From positions 69,130-133,129 of the forward strand of contig JBEHXK010000005.1 in assembly GCA_048498735.1 (NCBI GenBank): a DNA stretch of 64,000 bases. The letters run 5' to 3'. The DNA is from Pseudomonadota bacterium (GTDB lineage: Bacteria; Pseudomonadota; Alphaproteobacteria; Rickettsiales; UBA8987). Every line of letters begins with the position of its first letter. The first letter of the stretch is position 1. Both the position numbers and the translations under genes were made by a program. Under the pieces are notes generated by a model. That model saw only the letters and a list, made by a program, of their open reading frames with translations, searched no databases and was not told the origin of the DNA. Positions 28,331 through 39,835 of this stretch are shown one piece after another.

Positions 28331-29599
28331 ATGAAACTATTATTATTTTATATTAACCAATTGCTCTTAGGCCCTTATTTCCCTTTGCCGAGCGAGATCT
28401 GCGAGAGCGCTGAAACAATTCACCCAATGTGCATGACCTCTGTAAGTTTTGCATTGGTAATAACCGCGGCCGTTATAATTCTTCTTGCTATTATATTGAT
28501 CACAAGACCTTTTTCATTTTTCCTAAAATCATTGGTGCTGGGTGGCATGATGATTATAAGCGCATTCTTCTTCACCGATCTGTGTTTGAAACAGATTGAA
28601 GACCCGGTGAAATATGGCGTTGAGTGGTTCGAGGTTCTATATTTTTTCTGGTGTTTTGTTATATTGAACGGATTCGCGGCAAGCCTACTTTTCTATAATA
28701 AAAGGAAAAATATTTTCATCATACTTGCGATTTTCACGCTGATAATTTCTCTGCTTTTTGCCTATACCGGACGTGGTAATTTCGAACAGATCACCCCTAT
28801 TGCAGGTGGTCTGCTTGCAAAGTTCTCAATAAAATTCCTATGGCTTTCAACTAACTTTAAAATCGCCTGCGTCATGCTACTGATCACAGCAGTATTTTCT
28901 CTTATCGCAACTGTGCTTGACTGGACTATCACCGGTAATGTCAGCATGAAACATTTCCGTTATGATTTTTCATCTTTCGGGATTTTCTGCCTGATAATGC
29001 TTATTCCGCTGATATCAATTCCGCTGGGTGGCTATTATAATAAAGGTGATGTTGCACGCGCAAAAGATTATATAGATAAGTTAAAGGCCGCTTCTGATAA
29101 ATATTACCTGGAAAATGGGGAATATCCTAAATTCGTGGAAAAAATGCTGCCTGAAGGTAAGTCACCGCTGTTGCTCGCTCGCCAGGAGTTTTTCACCGCA
29201 GGTGTGCGCGGGACTTATTATTTCAGCCGCAATGATAAATATTGTTTCGTTTTCCAGAATCCTTCGCGCAAATTCGGTTATTATTCCATAACCAATAGCA
29301 GGCCTTGGCGATTCAACACCAACACTGATTCATATGATAATGCCTTCCTGAATGTGTGCGATGAATCAATGAAATCATATGATGACCTGATCTCAAACCA
29401 TCTGGATATCAACCCTGAAGATGAAATGGTAAATCGCGTAACGGCTGAGACCAACCAGAAAGTGCAGACCCCTATGAGCAATGTCGGCTCGCAGATTCTA
29501 TATGATAAGATAATGGAAGAAAGCAAGAAAGACCCCTCACTTGTGGCACCTATATTGAGGCAGCTGACAACGCCTGAGCCTGCAACGGATAAAAAATAG
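28331..29599 (+). CDS. Polytopic membrane protein with a C-terminal pseudopilin (GspG-like) domain; function unknown
   Basis: The track start at 28274 is TTG and overlaps the cdsA start; the ATG at 28331 is preferred. About 7 hydrophobic segments come first. After the last TM comes ARAKDYIDKLKAASDKYYLENGEYP, the A-x-x-D-I-x-x-L-x-x-A-x-x-x-Y-x-L-(D/E)-N-G-x-Y-P pattern of type II secretion major pseudopilins. There is no G-F-T-L/I-E prepilin leader. Confidence 0.6.
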   Translation: MKLLLFYINQLLLGPYFPLPSEICESAETIHPMCMTSVSFALVITAAVIILLAIILITRPFSFFLKSLVLGGMMIISAFFFTDLCLKQIEDPVKYGVEWFEVLYFFWCFVILNGFAASLLFYNKRKNIFIILAIFTLIISLLFAYTGRGNFEQITPIAGGLLAKFSIKFLWLSTNFKIACVMLLITAVFSLIATVLDWTITGNVSMKHFRYDFSSFGIFCLIMLIPLISIPLGGYYNKGDVARAKDYIDKLKAASDKYYLENGEYPKFVEKMLPEGKSPLLLARQEFFTAGVRGTYYFSRNDKYCFVFQNPSRKFGYYSITNSRPWRFNTNTDSYDNAFLNVCDESMKSYDDLISNHLDINPEDEMVNRVTAETNQKVQTPMSNVGSQILYDKIMEESKKDPSLVAPILRQLTTPEPATDKK

Positions 29600-29600
29600 C

Positions 29601-30506
29601 CTAGCTTTTTCTTAAGTTAAAGCGGTTATGCTGCCAGAACCATTGGTTGGGATATTCCCTGATCCAGCGTTCAAAAGTGTTATATATCTCCTGCGTCACC
29701 TGTTGAGCATTTTTGCCTTCAGTTATTATAGGTGCATCAAATTTCTGCACAAAATTTACTTTGGTTTTTTCATCCCTTATCGCGCGCCCCATAACGATAG
29801 GAATATTATATTTTGTAGCCATTTCACCAGCAGTTGGCGGTGCTTTTACTTTTGTGCCGAAAAATTCAACTTCAACACCATCGCTCATTTTCTGGTCAGA
29901 AAGTATTCCTAGGCGCCCACCTGATTTTATGTGTTTTATAATATCACGTACACCCGCCCTATCGCCTTTCTGAATGATGAAGCTGGTATAGCGATTGCGC
30001 ATTTTCTGGATGACATCTTCAATATAAGGATTATTCGCCTTGCGGTATATAAAGGCGGTTTCTGGATCAAGAACAAGCAGTATTCTCGAAGCAATTTCCC
30101 AATTCCCTACATGTGCGGAAACCAAAATAAAACCACTATTATTAGTGCTTGCAAGTTTTTCTGCCTCATCGACATATTGGAGGTTAGAAATTGGGCAGAT
30201 CTCCAGAATCCTGTCATTAGTATAAGTTGCAATATGCGGCAATTCACCCGCAACACGGCCAAGATTTTCCCAGGAATTAAGCGCGATAGATTTTATTTCA
30301 GTTTCAGTTTTTTCAGGAAAACAGAATCTCAGATTTTTCAGTGCTGTTTTGTGTGAGGCATGAAAACGGCCGAATAACCTGGTTAACTTGCCGATGAGAA
30401 ATGATGCAGCCGCAAAAGGCAAAAGGCGAAGTATCGCATAAAGCGGCAATACCAATACAAGCTCGACAATGCGTTTTATTTTAAGTGCGGTCGAAACAGG
30501 CTTCAT
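29601..30506 (-). CDS. Lipid A biosynthesis lauroyl/myristoyl acyltransferase family (LpxL/HtrB-like)
   Basis: 301 aa with an N-terminal TM helix and the acyltransferase HX4(D/E) motif as HVGNWE. The ATG shares 1 nt with the gyrA stop (TAATG). Confidence 0.8.
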   Translation of the reverse strand: MKPVSTALKIKRIVELVLVLPLYAILRLLPFAAASFLIGKLTRLFGRFHASHKTALKNLRFCFPEKTETEIKSIALNSWENLGRVAGELPHIATYTNDRILEICPISNLQYVDEAEKLASTNNSGFILVSAHVGNWEIASRILLVLDPETAFIYRKANNPYIEDVIQKMRNRYTSFIIQKGDRAGVRDIIKHIKSGGRLGILSDQKMSDGVEVEFFGTKVKAPPTAGEMATKYNIPIVMGRAIRDEKTKVNFVQKFDAPIITEGKNAQQVTQEIYNTFERWIREYPNQWFWQHNRFNLRKS

Positions 30507-33403
30507 TATTCCTGCTCGTTGGCAGCTTCTGTATCTGCGTTATCTGCAATATCATCAACCGCAGCTTCAGAAATTGGGCCCGCTTCTACAGCCGCTTCGA
30601 TCGCCTCTTCTGCCATTTCAGATGCATCCTGCTCACGCAGTTCTATATGCGCTGCAGAAACTATCTTCTCTTTATCATCGATACGGAAAATTGTTACACC
30701 TTGTGTGTTACGACCAGCGATACGGATCTCGTTCACCGGGCAGCGGATCAATTTGCCGGCATTGGTAACAAGCATTATCTGATCCATATTACGGACCGGG
30801 AAACTTGCACACACATTGCCATTACGTTCGCTGGTGATAATATTGGTGATACCCTTACCGCCACGACCGGTGATACGATATTCATAGGCGCTTGAACGTT
30901 TGCCATAACCATTTTCAGTAACGGTCAGGATGAACTGTTCACCACATGCATATTCGATCACTTTATCAGCAGGCAGATTCACCGGATTTGCTTTCAAGAT
31001 CTCTTCGATCTTGGCTGCAACTTCCTCATTGCCGGTTTTTTTCAAGCCTTCAAGAGTGATCGGCTCATCTTTGTGATAGCTGCCTTCACGAAGTTCTGAT
31101 TCCGGAGAATATAGCGATGGCAACATGGTTGCGATCTGCGCCCTGCATTCAAGCGGAAGGTTGAGATATTCATCACGTGATGCAGTTTCATATGAAGTGC
31201 CGCTTAATATCGCAAGTGATATAAGTTTATCACCTTTTTCAAGGTTCATACCACGAACACCAGTTGAATTACGGCCTTTGAAAACACGCAGACCAGATAC
31301 CGGAGAGCGAAGTGCCTTACCTTGTGATGATGCAAGCAGCGTATGATCTTTCTCGTTAGCAACTGCAACGCCGATTAGTGAATCGCCTTCTTTCAGGCCG
31401 ATCGCGATCTTGCCGTTTGCACGTACCGATTGGAAATCAGAAAGCATATTGCGGCGGATATTGCCATTCGCTGTCGCAAATACGATGCTTAACTTGTTCC
31501 AATCCTCCTCATTCTCAGGAAGCGGCATGATAACGTTAATGGCTTCGCCTTGTTCAAGTGGGAAGATATTCACCATGCTGCGACCACGCGATTGCGGGTT
31601 GCCAAGCGGCAGGCGGAAGGTTTTCAGTTTATATGCCTTACCTTTGGTTGAGAAGAACAACATCGGCGTGTGAGTGTTGGCGATGAACACTTGCGTTGTT
31701 GCATCTTCCTCTTTCAGATCAATACCGCTGCGTCCCTTTCCACCGCGTTTCTGCGCGCGATAAGTTGCAAGTGGCACGCGTTTAATGTAACCATCAACCG
31801 TAACGGTCACCACCATATCTTCACGTGCGATCAGATCTTCAATATCTTCCTCAAGGCCATTCGCTTCGATAATTGTTTTACGCGGAGTTGCAAATTGTTC
31901 TTTGATTTCCAGCAACTCTGTGCGAATGATGTTCATCAGTTTTACAGAATCACCAAGAATAGAAAGATATTCTTCGATATCTTTCGCAAGACCAGAAAGT
32001 TCTTCAGTGATCTTATCGCGCTCAAGACCAGTAAGGCGAGATAATCTCATTTCCAGGATAGCTTTTGCCTGCGCTTCCGTGAATTTACATTTGCCTTTAA
32101 CAACGATGTTATATTCATCTTCAACAAGGGCAATAAGCGGCTCAACGCCTTTGGCATCCCATGATTTTTCCATTAATCTTTCACGCGCAACATTCACATC
32201 CGGTGAACTGCGGATGATGGAAATAACCTCATCGATGTTATCGACTGCGAGAGTTAAACCAATCAACACGTGCGCACGTTCACGCGCTTTGCCCAGATCA
32301 AAATTAATGCGACGTGTTACAACTTCCTTACGGAACTGGATGAATATTTCGAGCAGATCTTTCAGGCTCATCTGGCGCGGGCGACCATAATCAAGCGCCA
32401 GCATATTCACACCAAAGCTTGTTTGCAGTGACGTGAATTTATAAAGCTGGTTCAGAATAACAGAAGCAACTGCATCACGTTTAACTTCCACCACAACACG
32501 GATACCTGATTTATCAGATTCATCACGCAGGTCAGTGATGCCTTCGATCTTTTTCTCACGTACAAGCTGCGCAATTTTTTCAACCATCATGGCTTTGTTC
32601 ACCATGTATGGAATTTCAGTGATTATGATCGCCTGCTTGCCGCCTTGAATGTCTTGTATCTCAGCTTTACCACGAGTTACAACAGATCCCCTGCCCGTTT
32701 GTAGTGCGATCTGCGCCGGAACTTTGCCAAGGATTATACCACCGGTCGGGAAATCCGGACCTGGAACGATTGCAGTTAGTTCATCAAGGGTAATATCAGG
32801 ATTACCCATCAACGCGAAAGTTGCATCGCATATTTCGCCAAGATTGTGTGGTGGCATGTTAGTTGCCATGCCAACCGCGATACCGCTTGAACCGTTAACC
32901 AGAAGATTCGGGAATTTTGCCGGCAGAACTGCCGGTTCTTTCTCTGAACCGTCATAGTTGTCATGCCATTCGATAGTGTTTTTATCTATATCTTCAACAA
33001 GTGCATGTGCAGCTTTCGCCATGCGCGATTCGGTATAACGCATCGCAGCAGGTGAATCACCATCGATGGAACCGAAGTTACCCTGGCCATCAACAAGCGG
33101 CAGACGCATCGAAAATTCCTGCGCCATACGCACCAATGAATCATAGATCGCAGAATCACCATGCGGGTGATATTTACCCATCACGTCACCGACGATACGG
33201 GCTGATTTACGATATGCGCGATTTGAATGTGCGCCGGTTTCGTTCATTGAATAGATTATACGGCGGTGCACAGGCTTTAAACCATCACGCGCATCAGGGA
33301 TTGCGCGACTTACAATAACGCTCATTGCGTAATCGAGATAGCTAGACTCCATTTCTTTCTTGATCGAAATAGGAATAATTTCTGCTGTATTTGACTTAGC
33401 CAT
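30506..33403 (-). CDS. gyrA: DNA gyrase subunit A
   Basis: 965 aa. Active-site AAMRYTE (catalytic Tyr), QRDR-type [13 protein letters not shown], a C-terminal beta-pinwheel with an insertion, and an acidic tail. Confidence 0.97.
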   Translation of the reverse strand: MAKSNTAEIIPISIKKEMESSYLDYAMSVIVSRAIPDARDGLKPVHRRIIYSMNETGAHSNRAYRKSARIVGDVMGKYHPHGDSAIYDSLVRMAQEFSMRLPLVDGQGNFGSIDGDSPAAMRYTESRMAKAAHALVEDIDKNTIEWHDNYDGSEKEPAVLPAKFPNLLVNGSSGIAVGMATNMPPHNLGEICDATFALMGNPDITLDELTAIVPGPDFPTGGIILGKVPAQIALQTGRGSVVTRGKAEIQDIQGGKQAIIITEIPYMVNKAMMVEKIAQLVREKKIEGITDLRDESDKSGIRVVVEVKRDAVASVILNQLYKFTSLQTSFGVNMLALDYGRPRQMSLKDLLEIFIQFRKEVVTRRINFDLGKARERAHVLIGLTLAVDNIDEVISIIRSSPDVNVARERLMEKSWDAKGVEPLIALVEDEYNIVVKGKCKFTEAQAKAILEMRLSRLTGLERDKITEELSGLAKDIEEYLSILGDSVKLMNIIRTELLEIKEQFATPRKTIIEANGLEEDIEDLIAREDMVVTVTVDGYIKRVPLATYRAQKRGGKGRSGIDLKEEDATTQVFIANTHTPMLFFSTKGKAYKLKTFRLPLGNPQSRGRSMVNIFPLEQGEAINVIMPLPENEEDWNKLSIVFATANGNIRRNMLSDFQSVRANGKIAIGLKEGDSLIGVAVANEKDHTLLASSQGKALRSPVSGLRVFKGRNSTGVRGMNLEKGDKLISLAILSGTSYETASRDEYLNLPLECRAQIATMLPSLYSPESELREGSYHKDEPITLEGLKKTGNEEVAAKIEEILKANPVNLPADKVIEYACGEQFILTVTENGYGKRSSAYEYRITGRGGKGITNIITSERNGNVCASFPVRNMDQIMLVTNAGKLIRCPVNEIRIAGRNTQGVTIFRIDDKEKIVSAAHIELREQDASEMAEEAIEAAVEAGPISEAAVDDIADNADTEAANEQE

Positions 33404-33532
33404 ATGCCCCTAAAATAAATATGTTTTTGAGTGATGAAAATTTATACAAACTATTTGCCGGACACGCAAAGATTTTTTGCTTTTTTTTGATGTTTTTTCA
33501 GTTGACAAGAAGGGGCAAATATAGCCTTAAAA

Positions 33533-34582
33533 TCAGGCGATTTTTGCAAGCGCAACTGAGGTGATGAGTTCGGGGTCAGAATCGGTTTTCTTCAGGTCAC
33601 TTTCTGCCTGATAAAGGATAGAATAATTCTCCCAGATATCATTGCTTTTCTTTTTCAAAAATGTGTTCAGGTGCTTCCTGAATATCGGCTCCTGCTTGAA
33701 GAACAGGCGTTGCGCCTTCACCACTTCCTCAACAGAAATATTTTCATTAGCAATGCGATTTGCCGATGTGTGGAGCTTCTCGAAATAGCGCTGGATGGTG
33801 CGGATGATTGCGATCGGCTGAACACCGGAAGCAAATGCTTTTTGTAAAGCAATTTCCATTTCGCCTTTTTCATTATCGCAAAGCAGATTCACAATATCCT
33901 GCACTTCGGTTTCCGTGCTGTTGCCTGTAGTTGCAACCACATCTTCAAAAGTTACTTCTTTCCTCTCACCCAAATAAAGTTGCAGCTTCTCGATCTCAGA
34001 TTCAATTATTTTGCTATCACCCTGACATGACTCCGCCAGGAACTGCACCACTGAATTCTGCGATATCTGCAACCCCTTCTGACGCAATAAACGATTTGCT
34101 TTCATGGAAAGATCTTTCTCATCTTCAATATAACAAGGAATCGCTGCAACCGGTGCTTTGCTGAATTCATATAATTTCCTGAGCGGCGAAGTTGCCGCCA
34201 GATCACCTGCTGAAATAAGCAGAAAACTGCCTTTTTTTGCATCCGCACTTAATTCGTTTATCGCCTGCTCTATCGCAGTGGTTACATCTTTCTCAGTTGT
34301 TTTATCTATCTCAGCGATCTTAAGAAGAACAAGTTTCCTGCCACCAAAAAAACTTATCGCCGACATTTCATCAAATATTATTGAAGGTTCAGCAGCAACT
34401 TTTTCTGCATCAAGTGTGCTGGTGGAGAATGGGTCTTTCGGATCAGAAACTATTTGCGGAATGATCTTGCTGATTATGTTTGAAACCCCACCGCTATCTG
34501 GCCCGTAAACCAGGGCTGAAAAATATTCCGATTTTGCCAGGCCGGTGATAAAACCATCAGCCTTGTTGGAGTATATCTTCAT
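33533..34582 (-). CDS. holA: DNA polymerase III subunit delta
   Basis: 349 aa. The call rests on position in the conserved leuS-lptE-holA cluster and delta-type length and helical C-terminal half. Sequence motifs are weak. Confidence 0.75.
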   Translation of the reverse strand: MKIYSNKADGFITGLAKSEYFSALVYGPDSGGVSNIISKIIPQIVSDPKDPFSTSTLDAEKVAAEPSIIFDEMSAISFFGGRKLVLLKIAEIDKTTEKDVTTAIEQAINELSADAKKGSFLLISAGDLAATSPLRKLYEFSKAPVAAIPCYIEDEKDLSMKANRLLRQKGLQISQNSVVQFLAESCQGDSKIIESEIEKLQLYLGERKEVTFEDVVATTGNSTETEVQDIVNLLCDNEKGEMEIALQKAFASGVQPIAIIRTIQRYFEKLHTSANRIANENISVEEVVKAQRLFFKQEPIFRKHLNTFLKKKSNDIWENYSILYQAESDLKKTDSDPELITSVALAKIA

Positions 34583-35115
34583 TGCGATTTTTCTTTCTGC
34601 TTAAGAGTGTTCGAGATTTTCATGCTGATATCATAAGCGGTCTCATCAAATAGTTTGCGCTCAGTATCTTTCTCAAGCGCATAAGTGCCATAATCTGAAA
34701 CCTGCGCATCATAACCGCCAACCATTATGCTGGTGCCGTGATATACAATTTTATCAGCTTCTTTATCTTTCAGCGTGAAGCTTGTTACATAGTGAATATT
34801 ATATCGGGTGATCTCCCTATCCCTCTGGATGCCGATGCCTTCCTTGGTTTTAGTAATATTCAGAACAACCAGGTAATTTTTATCGGTTGAGATACAGGCT
34901 TCATTTAAGAGGTCCTGTAATTCATATTGCAGCTTCTCGCCTGAAACATCATATTTAGTGATCTTATCAACGGTGAAATTTCCGCATACTTTGCTGCCCT
35001 CACGCTCATGATTCTCATACAAAGGATGAAAACCGCATGCACCAAGCACCAGAACCACGAGAAGTGAAATTACTGATTTAAGCGGCGACAATATTGAGGA
35101 TCTTGTTTGGTACAT
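34579..35115 (-). CDS. lptE: LPS-assembly lipoprotein LptE
   Basis: Lipobox LVLGAC after a hydrophobic leader. 178 aa, located between leuS and holA. The annotated start overlaps the leuS 3' end by 38 nt. Confidence 0.7.
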   Translation of the reverse strand: MYQTRSSILSPLKSVISLLVVLVLGACGFHPLYENHEREGSKVCGNFTVDKITKYDVSGEKLQYELQDLLNEACISTDKNYLVVLNITKTKEGIGIQRDREITRYNIHYVTSFTLKDKEADKIVYHGTSIMVGGYDAQVSDYGTYALEKDTERKLFDETAYDISMKISNTLKQKEKSQ

Positions 35116-37675
35116 AAATAACCTTTTTAATCTGCTTGCCTTCGATCTGAGTATTCACTTTAGAATCGGCAAATGCAAGTTTTTCTATATCTTCTTTGGC
35201 GATATCTTTTGCAACATCGATCGTGCTGCGGAGTTTTCCATTCACCTGAACAACTATGGTAACATTATCATCAGTGAGAAGTGCTTTATCCGCAACCGGC
35301 CACGGGCTTTCGATGAGTGCGCCTTGATTGCCGATAAGAGCCCACAATTCTTCCGTAACGTGAGGAACAACCGGGTTTATAAGTTTCAACGCAGCATTAA
35401 GTGCTTCGCGAAAAACTGCTTTTGCCGCGTGCGAGCCTTTGTTCATTTTCTCCATCGCATTGGTAAGTTCACGAATGCGCGCCACCGCTTTGTTAAGATG
35501 GAAATTTTTATAATCTTTCGTAACGTTATCGATCGTTCGGTGCGTAAGTTTACGCACTTCCAGCAGATCACCGGCAAGGCCAAGCAACCAATGCGGGCCA
35601 TCGCCAGCAGGGCTATATTCCGCCGCAAATGCAAGCTTCCATAAACGGTTGAGATATTTATAACAACCTTCAACGCCTGTGTCGCTCCATTCCAGATCAC
35701 GCTCTGGCGGGGAATCAGAAAGCATGAAAAGGCGGGCCGTATCTGCGCCGTAATTTTCGATGATGCCCGCAGGATCGACCGTGTTGCATTTCGATTTACT
35801 CATTTTTATCGACGGGCCAACAATAACCTTGCCGCCATTATTTTTCTCTACATAACCCGCAGAAGTTTTTTCAACCGCTTCAGGATATAGCCAATTGCCT
35901 TTCTCATCCTGATAGGTTGCGTGGCAGACCATTCCTTGTGTCAGAAGCGCTTTGAATGGCTCATCAATATCGTGATAGCCGCATTTCTTTAGTGCGCGAG
36001 TGAAGAAGCGTGCATAAAGCAGGTGCAGAACCGCATGTTCGATGCCACCAATATATTGATCGACCGGCAGCCACTTATTTACATCAGTTTTTTCGAAGGC
36101 TTTTTCCACGAGACGAGGATTTACAAAACGCAGGAAATACCATGATGATTCGAAGAAAGTATCAAACGTATCAGTTTCACGCGTTGCTTTACCACCGCAT
36201 TTCGGGCAGGCACAATTCTTCCACGTTGGATGTGCAGCAATAGGGTTACCTTTCACACTCGAAAAATCTACATCTTCTGGAAGTTTCACCGGCAGATCTT
36301 TTTCAGGAACAGGAACGATGCCGCATGAATCACAATATATGATAGGGATCGGGCAGCCCCAGTAACGCTGACGGGATACACCCCAGTCACGCAGACGATA
36401 AGTGGTTTTGCCAGTGCCGATTTTTTTCTCTTCAAGTTTTTTTATGCTTAAAGTTTTTGCTTCCTGTACAGAAAGCCCGTTTAAAAATTCTGAGTTTATT
36501 AGCTTACCATCACCTGTATATGCCTCATCACCAACTTTAAAATCAGCATTGCCATCAGGCGATACAACAGGAATTATTGAAAGGTTATATTTGCGTGCGA
36601 AATCATTATCGCGCTGGTCATGTGCCGGGCAGCCGAATATCGCACCAGTGCCATAACCCATGAGAATAAAATTCGCGATATATACCGGAAGTTTTTTACC
36701 TGCGATGAATGGGTGTTCGACTTCCAAACCGGTGAAAACGCCTTTCTTTTCTGCCTTATCAAGAGCTTCCGTGGTTACGCCAAGCGCTTTACATTCTTCA
36801 ATGAAAGATTTTATTTCCGCATTTTTTTCGGCAAGTTTTAGGCTGATAGGATGCTCTGCCGCGATGCCGATGAATGAAGCGCCAAAGATTGTATCAGGAC
36901 GCGTGGTGAAAACTTCGATATCGTTTTCAGCCGCATTGCTTACTTTGAATTTTATCGATGCGCCTTCCGATTTGCCGATCCAGTTGCGCTGCATCAGCAG
37001 AACTTTTTCCGGCCATTCTTTTAGTGTGTCTAAGCCATTTAAAAGATCTTCAGCAAAATCGGAAATTTTTAAAAACCACTGATTTAGTTTTTTGATCTCG
37101 ACCGGTGCGCCGCTTCGCCAGCCCTTGCCATCGATCACCTGCTCGTTAGCAAGCACGGTTTGATCAACGGGATCCCAGTTAACATTTGATTCGCGACGAT
37201 AAGCCAGGCCACTCTTATAGAAATCCAAAAACATTTTCTGTTCATGTTTATAATATTCTGGCGCGCAGGTGGCGATCTCACGATCCCAATCATAGGAAAG
37301 GCCGATAGTTTTTAACTGCTCGCGCATGAAATCTATATTGGCATAGGTCCATTTCGCAGGGTGTGAATTGTTTTTTATCGCAGCATTCTCTGCAGGAAGG
37401 CCGAATGCATCCCAACCCATCGGGTGCAGAACATCATAACCTTGCGCCTTAAAAAAACGCGCAACCACATCACCGATGGAGTAATTACGCAGATGCCCCA
37501 TATGGATTTTGCCCGAAGGATATGGGAACATTTCCAGAACATAATATTTCTGGGTTTTGATATCGTTCGATGTTTTGAAATGACCGCCCTTTTCCCAGAA
37601 ACCCTGCCATTTAGGCTCTATCGTTTTATGATCGTATCTGTTTTCAGGCGTTGCTTGTATATCAGAATCTGTCAT
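35078..37675 (-). CDS. leuS: Leucine--tRNA ligase
   Basis: 865 aa with a HIGH-type motif ([11 protein letters not shown]) and KMSKS. Confidence 0.97.
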   Translation of the reverse strand: MTDSDIQATPENRYDHKTIEPKWQGFWEKGGHFKTSNDIKTQKYYVLEMFPYPSGKIHMGHLRNYSIGDVVARFFKAQGYDVLHPMGWDAFGLPAENAAIKNNSHPAKWTYANIDFMREQLKTIGLSYDWDREIATCAPEYYKHEQKMFLDFYKSGLAYRRESNVNWDPVDQTVLANEQVIDGKGWRSGAPVEIKKLNQWFLKISDFAEDLLNGLDTLKEWPEKVLLMQRNWIGKSEGASIKFKVSNAAENDIEVFTTRPDTIFGASFIGIAAEHPISLKLAEKNAEIKSFIEECKALGVTTEALDKAEKKGVFTGLEVEHPFIAGKKLPVYIANFILMGYGTGAIFGCPAHDQRDNDFARKYNLSIIPVVSPDGNADFKVGDEAYTGDGKLINSEFLNGLSVQEAKTLSIKKLEEKKIGTGKTTYRLRDWGVSRQRYWGCPIPIIYCDSCGIVPVPEKDLPVKLPEDVDFSSVKGNPIAAHPTWKNCACPKCGGKATRETDTFDTFFESSWYFLRFVNPRLVEKAFEKTDVNKWLPVDQYIGGIEHAVLHLLYARFFTRALKKCGYHDIDEPFKALLTQGMVCHATYQDEKGNWLYPEAVEKTSAGYVEKNNGGKVIVGPSIKMSKSKCNTVDPAGIIENYGADTARLFMLSDSPPERDLEWSDTGVEGCYKYLNRLWKLAFAAEYSPAGDGPHWLLGLAGDLLEVRKLTHRTIDNVTKDYKNFHLNKAVARIRELTNAMEKMNKGSHAAKAVFREALNAALKLINPVVPHVTEELWALIGNQGALIESPWPVADKALLTDDNVTIVVQVNGKLRSTIDVAKDIAKEDIEKLAFADSKVNTQIEGKQIKKVIYVPNKILNIVAA

Positions 37676-38204
37676 CTTGGATCTTTATTTCACGTGCGCG
37701 CGTAAGGATTTTATCTTCTAATTTGCCTGCAAGCTCTGGGTTGATCACAGCATCTCTCCACGCACCGCCATTCAGCGTCTGGCGGAACAGGCTGACACGA
37801 ACACCGCTTGCTTTCAACTCATCAGAGCTGATAACTATATTTGCTTTCATGCGTTCATTCGGCGCATTGGGATCGGCATACCAATCAGTGATTATCACGC
37901 CACCGGTCGCATCAACGCTTGCAATCGGCATGAAAGAAATAACATCAAGCGAGGCCTGCCATAAATATGCATTCACGCCGCGTGAAATATTTTTATTCGC
38001 GCCAGTTTTTTTATTCATCTCAACAGTGCCGTTAAGAAGGGTGATGCCATCTTCACCAGTGATCTTGCCGCGCTCAGCATCAAGCCTTTCACGGGTTGAA
38101 AGTGGATATTTCTGCTGGTCTTTCGCAGCAGATTTATCATCGCCGCCGGAGCATGAAGCCAATATAAGAACCGCAAGCAGGATAAAAATATTTGACAGTT
38201 TCAT
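37662..38204 (-). CDS. DUF3576-family lipoprotein
   Basis: The internal Met gives [18 protein letters not shown] (lipobox). The conserved [29 protein letters not shown] segment is typical of DUF3576 (recollection). The track start at 38246 is probably too long. Confidence 0.7.
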   Translation of the reverse strand: MKLSNIFILLAVLILASCSGGDDKSAAKDQQKYPLSTRERLDAERGKITGEDGITLLNGTVEMNKKTGANKNISRGVNAYLWQASLDVISFMPIASVDATGGVIITDWYADPNAPNERMKANIVISSDELKASGVRVSLFRQTLNGGAWRDAVINPELAGKLEDKILTRAREIKIQDDRF

Positions 38205-38300
38205 CGAGTAACTAATTTGTTGGAATATTATTGTGAAGCGCATCATATACCTGCTGTTGATGCTGTCAATTTAGAATGAAGGGCTATCTAAGATTTGGGC

Positions 38301-38326
38301 AAATAAAAAGGGCGGCAAAGCCGCCC
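38301..38326 (-). terminator. Rho-independent terminator after the porin gene
   Basis: Stem GGGCGGC (38310-38316) / GCCGCCC (38320-38326), loop AAA. On the minus strand it is followed by CTTTTTATTT. Confidence 0.8.
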
Positions 38327-38351
38327 TTAAAATTTCAGGTTTTAACCTTGA

Positions 38352-39584
38352 TTAGAATGCAACTTCTGCACCTACAAGAACAACGTTACCATTGTTATCA
38401 AGCGCTGCAGTAGTTGAGCCGCTATCAAGATCAAAGAATGAAGCCTCAACAAATGGCGTTAGACCAGGGGCCATCTGGTAATCAGCACCAACTACGATGT
38501 TTTGTAATTGGTTAGTGCCAGAGTTAGTAGCAACAGGCGCTATGCCTGTGCCAAGTTCTGAGTTAAGGTAAGTAACAGAAACACCATAAGGGCCATTTTC
38601 ATAACCGGCACCAAGTGACCAGTATTTGCTGTTATCATTATTGCTTGAAGCGCCTGTTGCAAGTGAATCACCAAGGTTAGCCCAGTTACCGGCAACCGAG
38701 AAGCCACCGAATTCAAAGCCAAGACCAAGTGAATATGCGGTCAGGTCATTAACGTAAGGATTTGCAGTAGCAGAACCATATGCGTTTGGCTCATTAGTGC
38801 CGCGTTCGCCAACAGCAGAAGCCATTATGCCAACACCTTCAATATCAGATTCGTAATTGATACCGCCAGCAAATACATTTTCAAAATTGCCGGTTGCATC
38901 ACCAGTTATAGAGGAAGCTGTGCCCCTGTCACCTGTATCAGGAGTGAAGGAAACACCAAACTGAGCGCCGCTGAAGCGCGGGCTGTAGTATGTAACTTTG
39001 TTAGCACGGCCAGCAACTGTATCTTCATCTGCAGTAGGAAGATCAGGATCTGCGATATAAACAGCCGTGATCGGCAATGTGCCACCAACATTCACGTTAT
39101 ATTTCCAGTCGCCATCGATACCACCAGTGCCGCGTGCAACTTTAGCCGCATCAACTTCCAGAGTATCAGATGCACCAACATTAGAACCAGCCTCAAAACG
39201 GCCAGTGCTGTCATTTTCTAAGTAAAGGTAAGCGAATTTACCGTCACCACCTGAAGAGTTGATATTGTTTTTATCAGCACCAGAATCAGCTTCAACTTCG
39301 ATCACGGCACCGTAATCAAAGTTCTCAGTAGAACCTGCGGCTGTGAAGTTAAGTTGAGTATCGTTCCTGAAGAAAACGTTCCTATCACCTTGACCGAGTG
39401 AAGCATTTTCATCCTGAGAAAGGAAAACAGACTGGAAGTTGAATTTACCGCCAACCATTACTGTCAGACCGCCTGTATTTGCAGGAGCCGTCACTGAAGT
39501 GACATCGTGTGAACCCCCTGCTAATGCTGCTGTAGAAGCAGAAAGAGCGATCAAAGCTGTTGTTCCAGTTAAGAATTTTTTCAT
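38352..39584 (-). CDS. Outer-membrane porin
   Basis: Signal peptide (..ALIALSASTAALA), Gly/Asn/Ser/Thr-rich alternating beta-strand composition, and a C-terminal ..VGAEVAF. Confidence 0.75.
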   Translation of the reverse strand: MKKFLTGTTALIALSASTAALAGGSHDVTSVTAPANTGGLTVMVGGKFNFQSVFLSQDENASLGQGDRNVFFRNDTQLNFTAAGSTENFDYGAVIEVEADSGADKNNINSSGGDGKFAYLYLENDSTGRFEAGSNVGASDTLEVDAAKVARGTGGIDGDWKYNVNVGGTLPITAVYIADPDLPTADEDTVAGRANKVTYYSPRFSGAQFGVSFTPDTGDRGTASSITGDATGNFENVFAGGINYESDIEGVGIMASAVGERGTNEPNAYGSATANPYVNDLTAYSLGLGFEFGGFSVAGNWANLGDSLATGASSNNDNSKYWSLGAGYENGPYGVSVTYLNSELGTGIAPVATNSGTNQLQNIVVGADYQMAPGLTPFVEASFFDLDSGSTTAALDNNGNVVLVGAEVAF

Positions 39585-39835
39585 TATTACACCTGTGTTT
39601 ATTTAATAATCATGTAATTGCTTTGAAGAATAGCAAAAACACCAATATCAGGGCAAATATATGCCATGATATAGACCCCAAAATCAAGCGCTTTATTCAA
39701 AATATAAAGATTTTTGCGCCATTTTTGCAACATATCTTTGGCGGGGTAAAAATTCGCTATTTTTATCAGAGAGATATTAAGGGGTGGTTTATATAAGGAT
39801 AGGAAATAAAACTATAAGTTTTGTGCAAAAAGCCT

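Noticed and set aside
35078-35115. 38-nt leuS/lptE overlap as a possible frameshift or fusion
   Set aside because: Both reading frames are intact with complete family features: leuS ends normally and lptE has its own lipobox leader. Overlaps of this kind are common in compact genomes. A downstream alternative start for lptE would remove the signal peptide.
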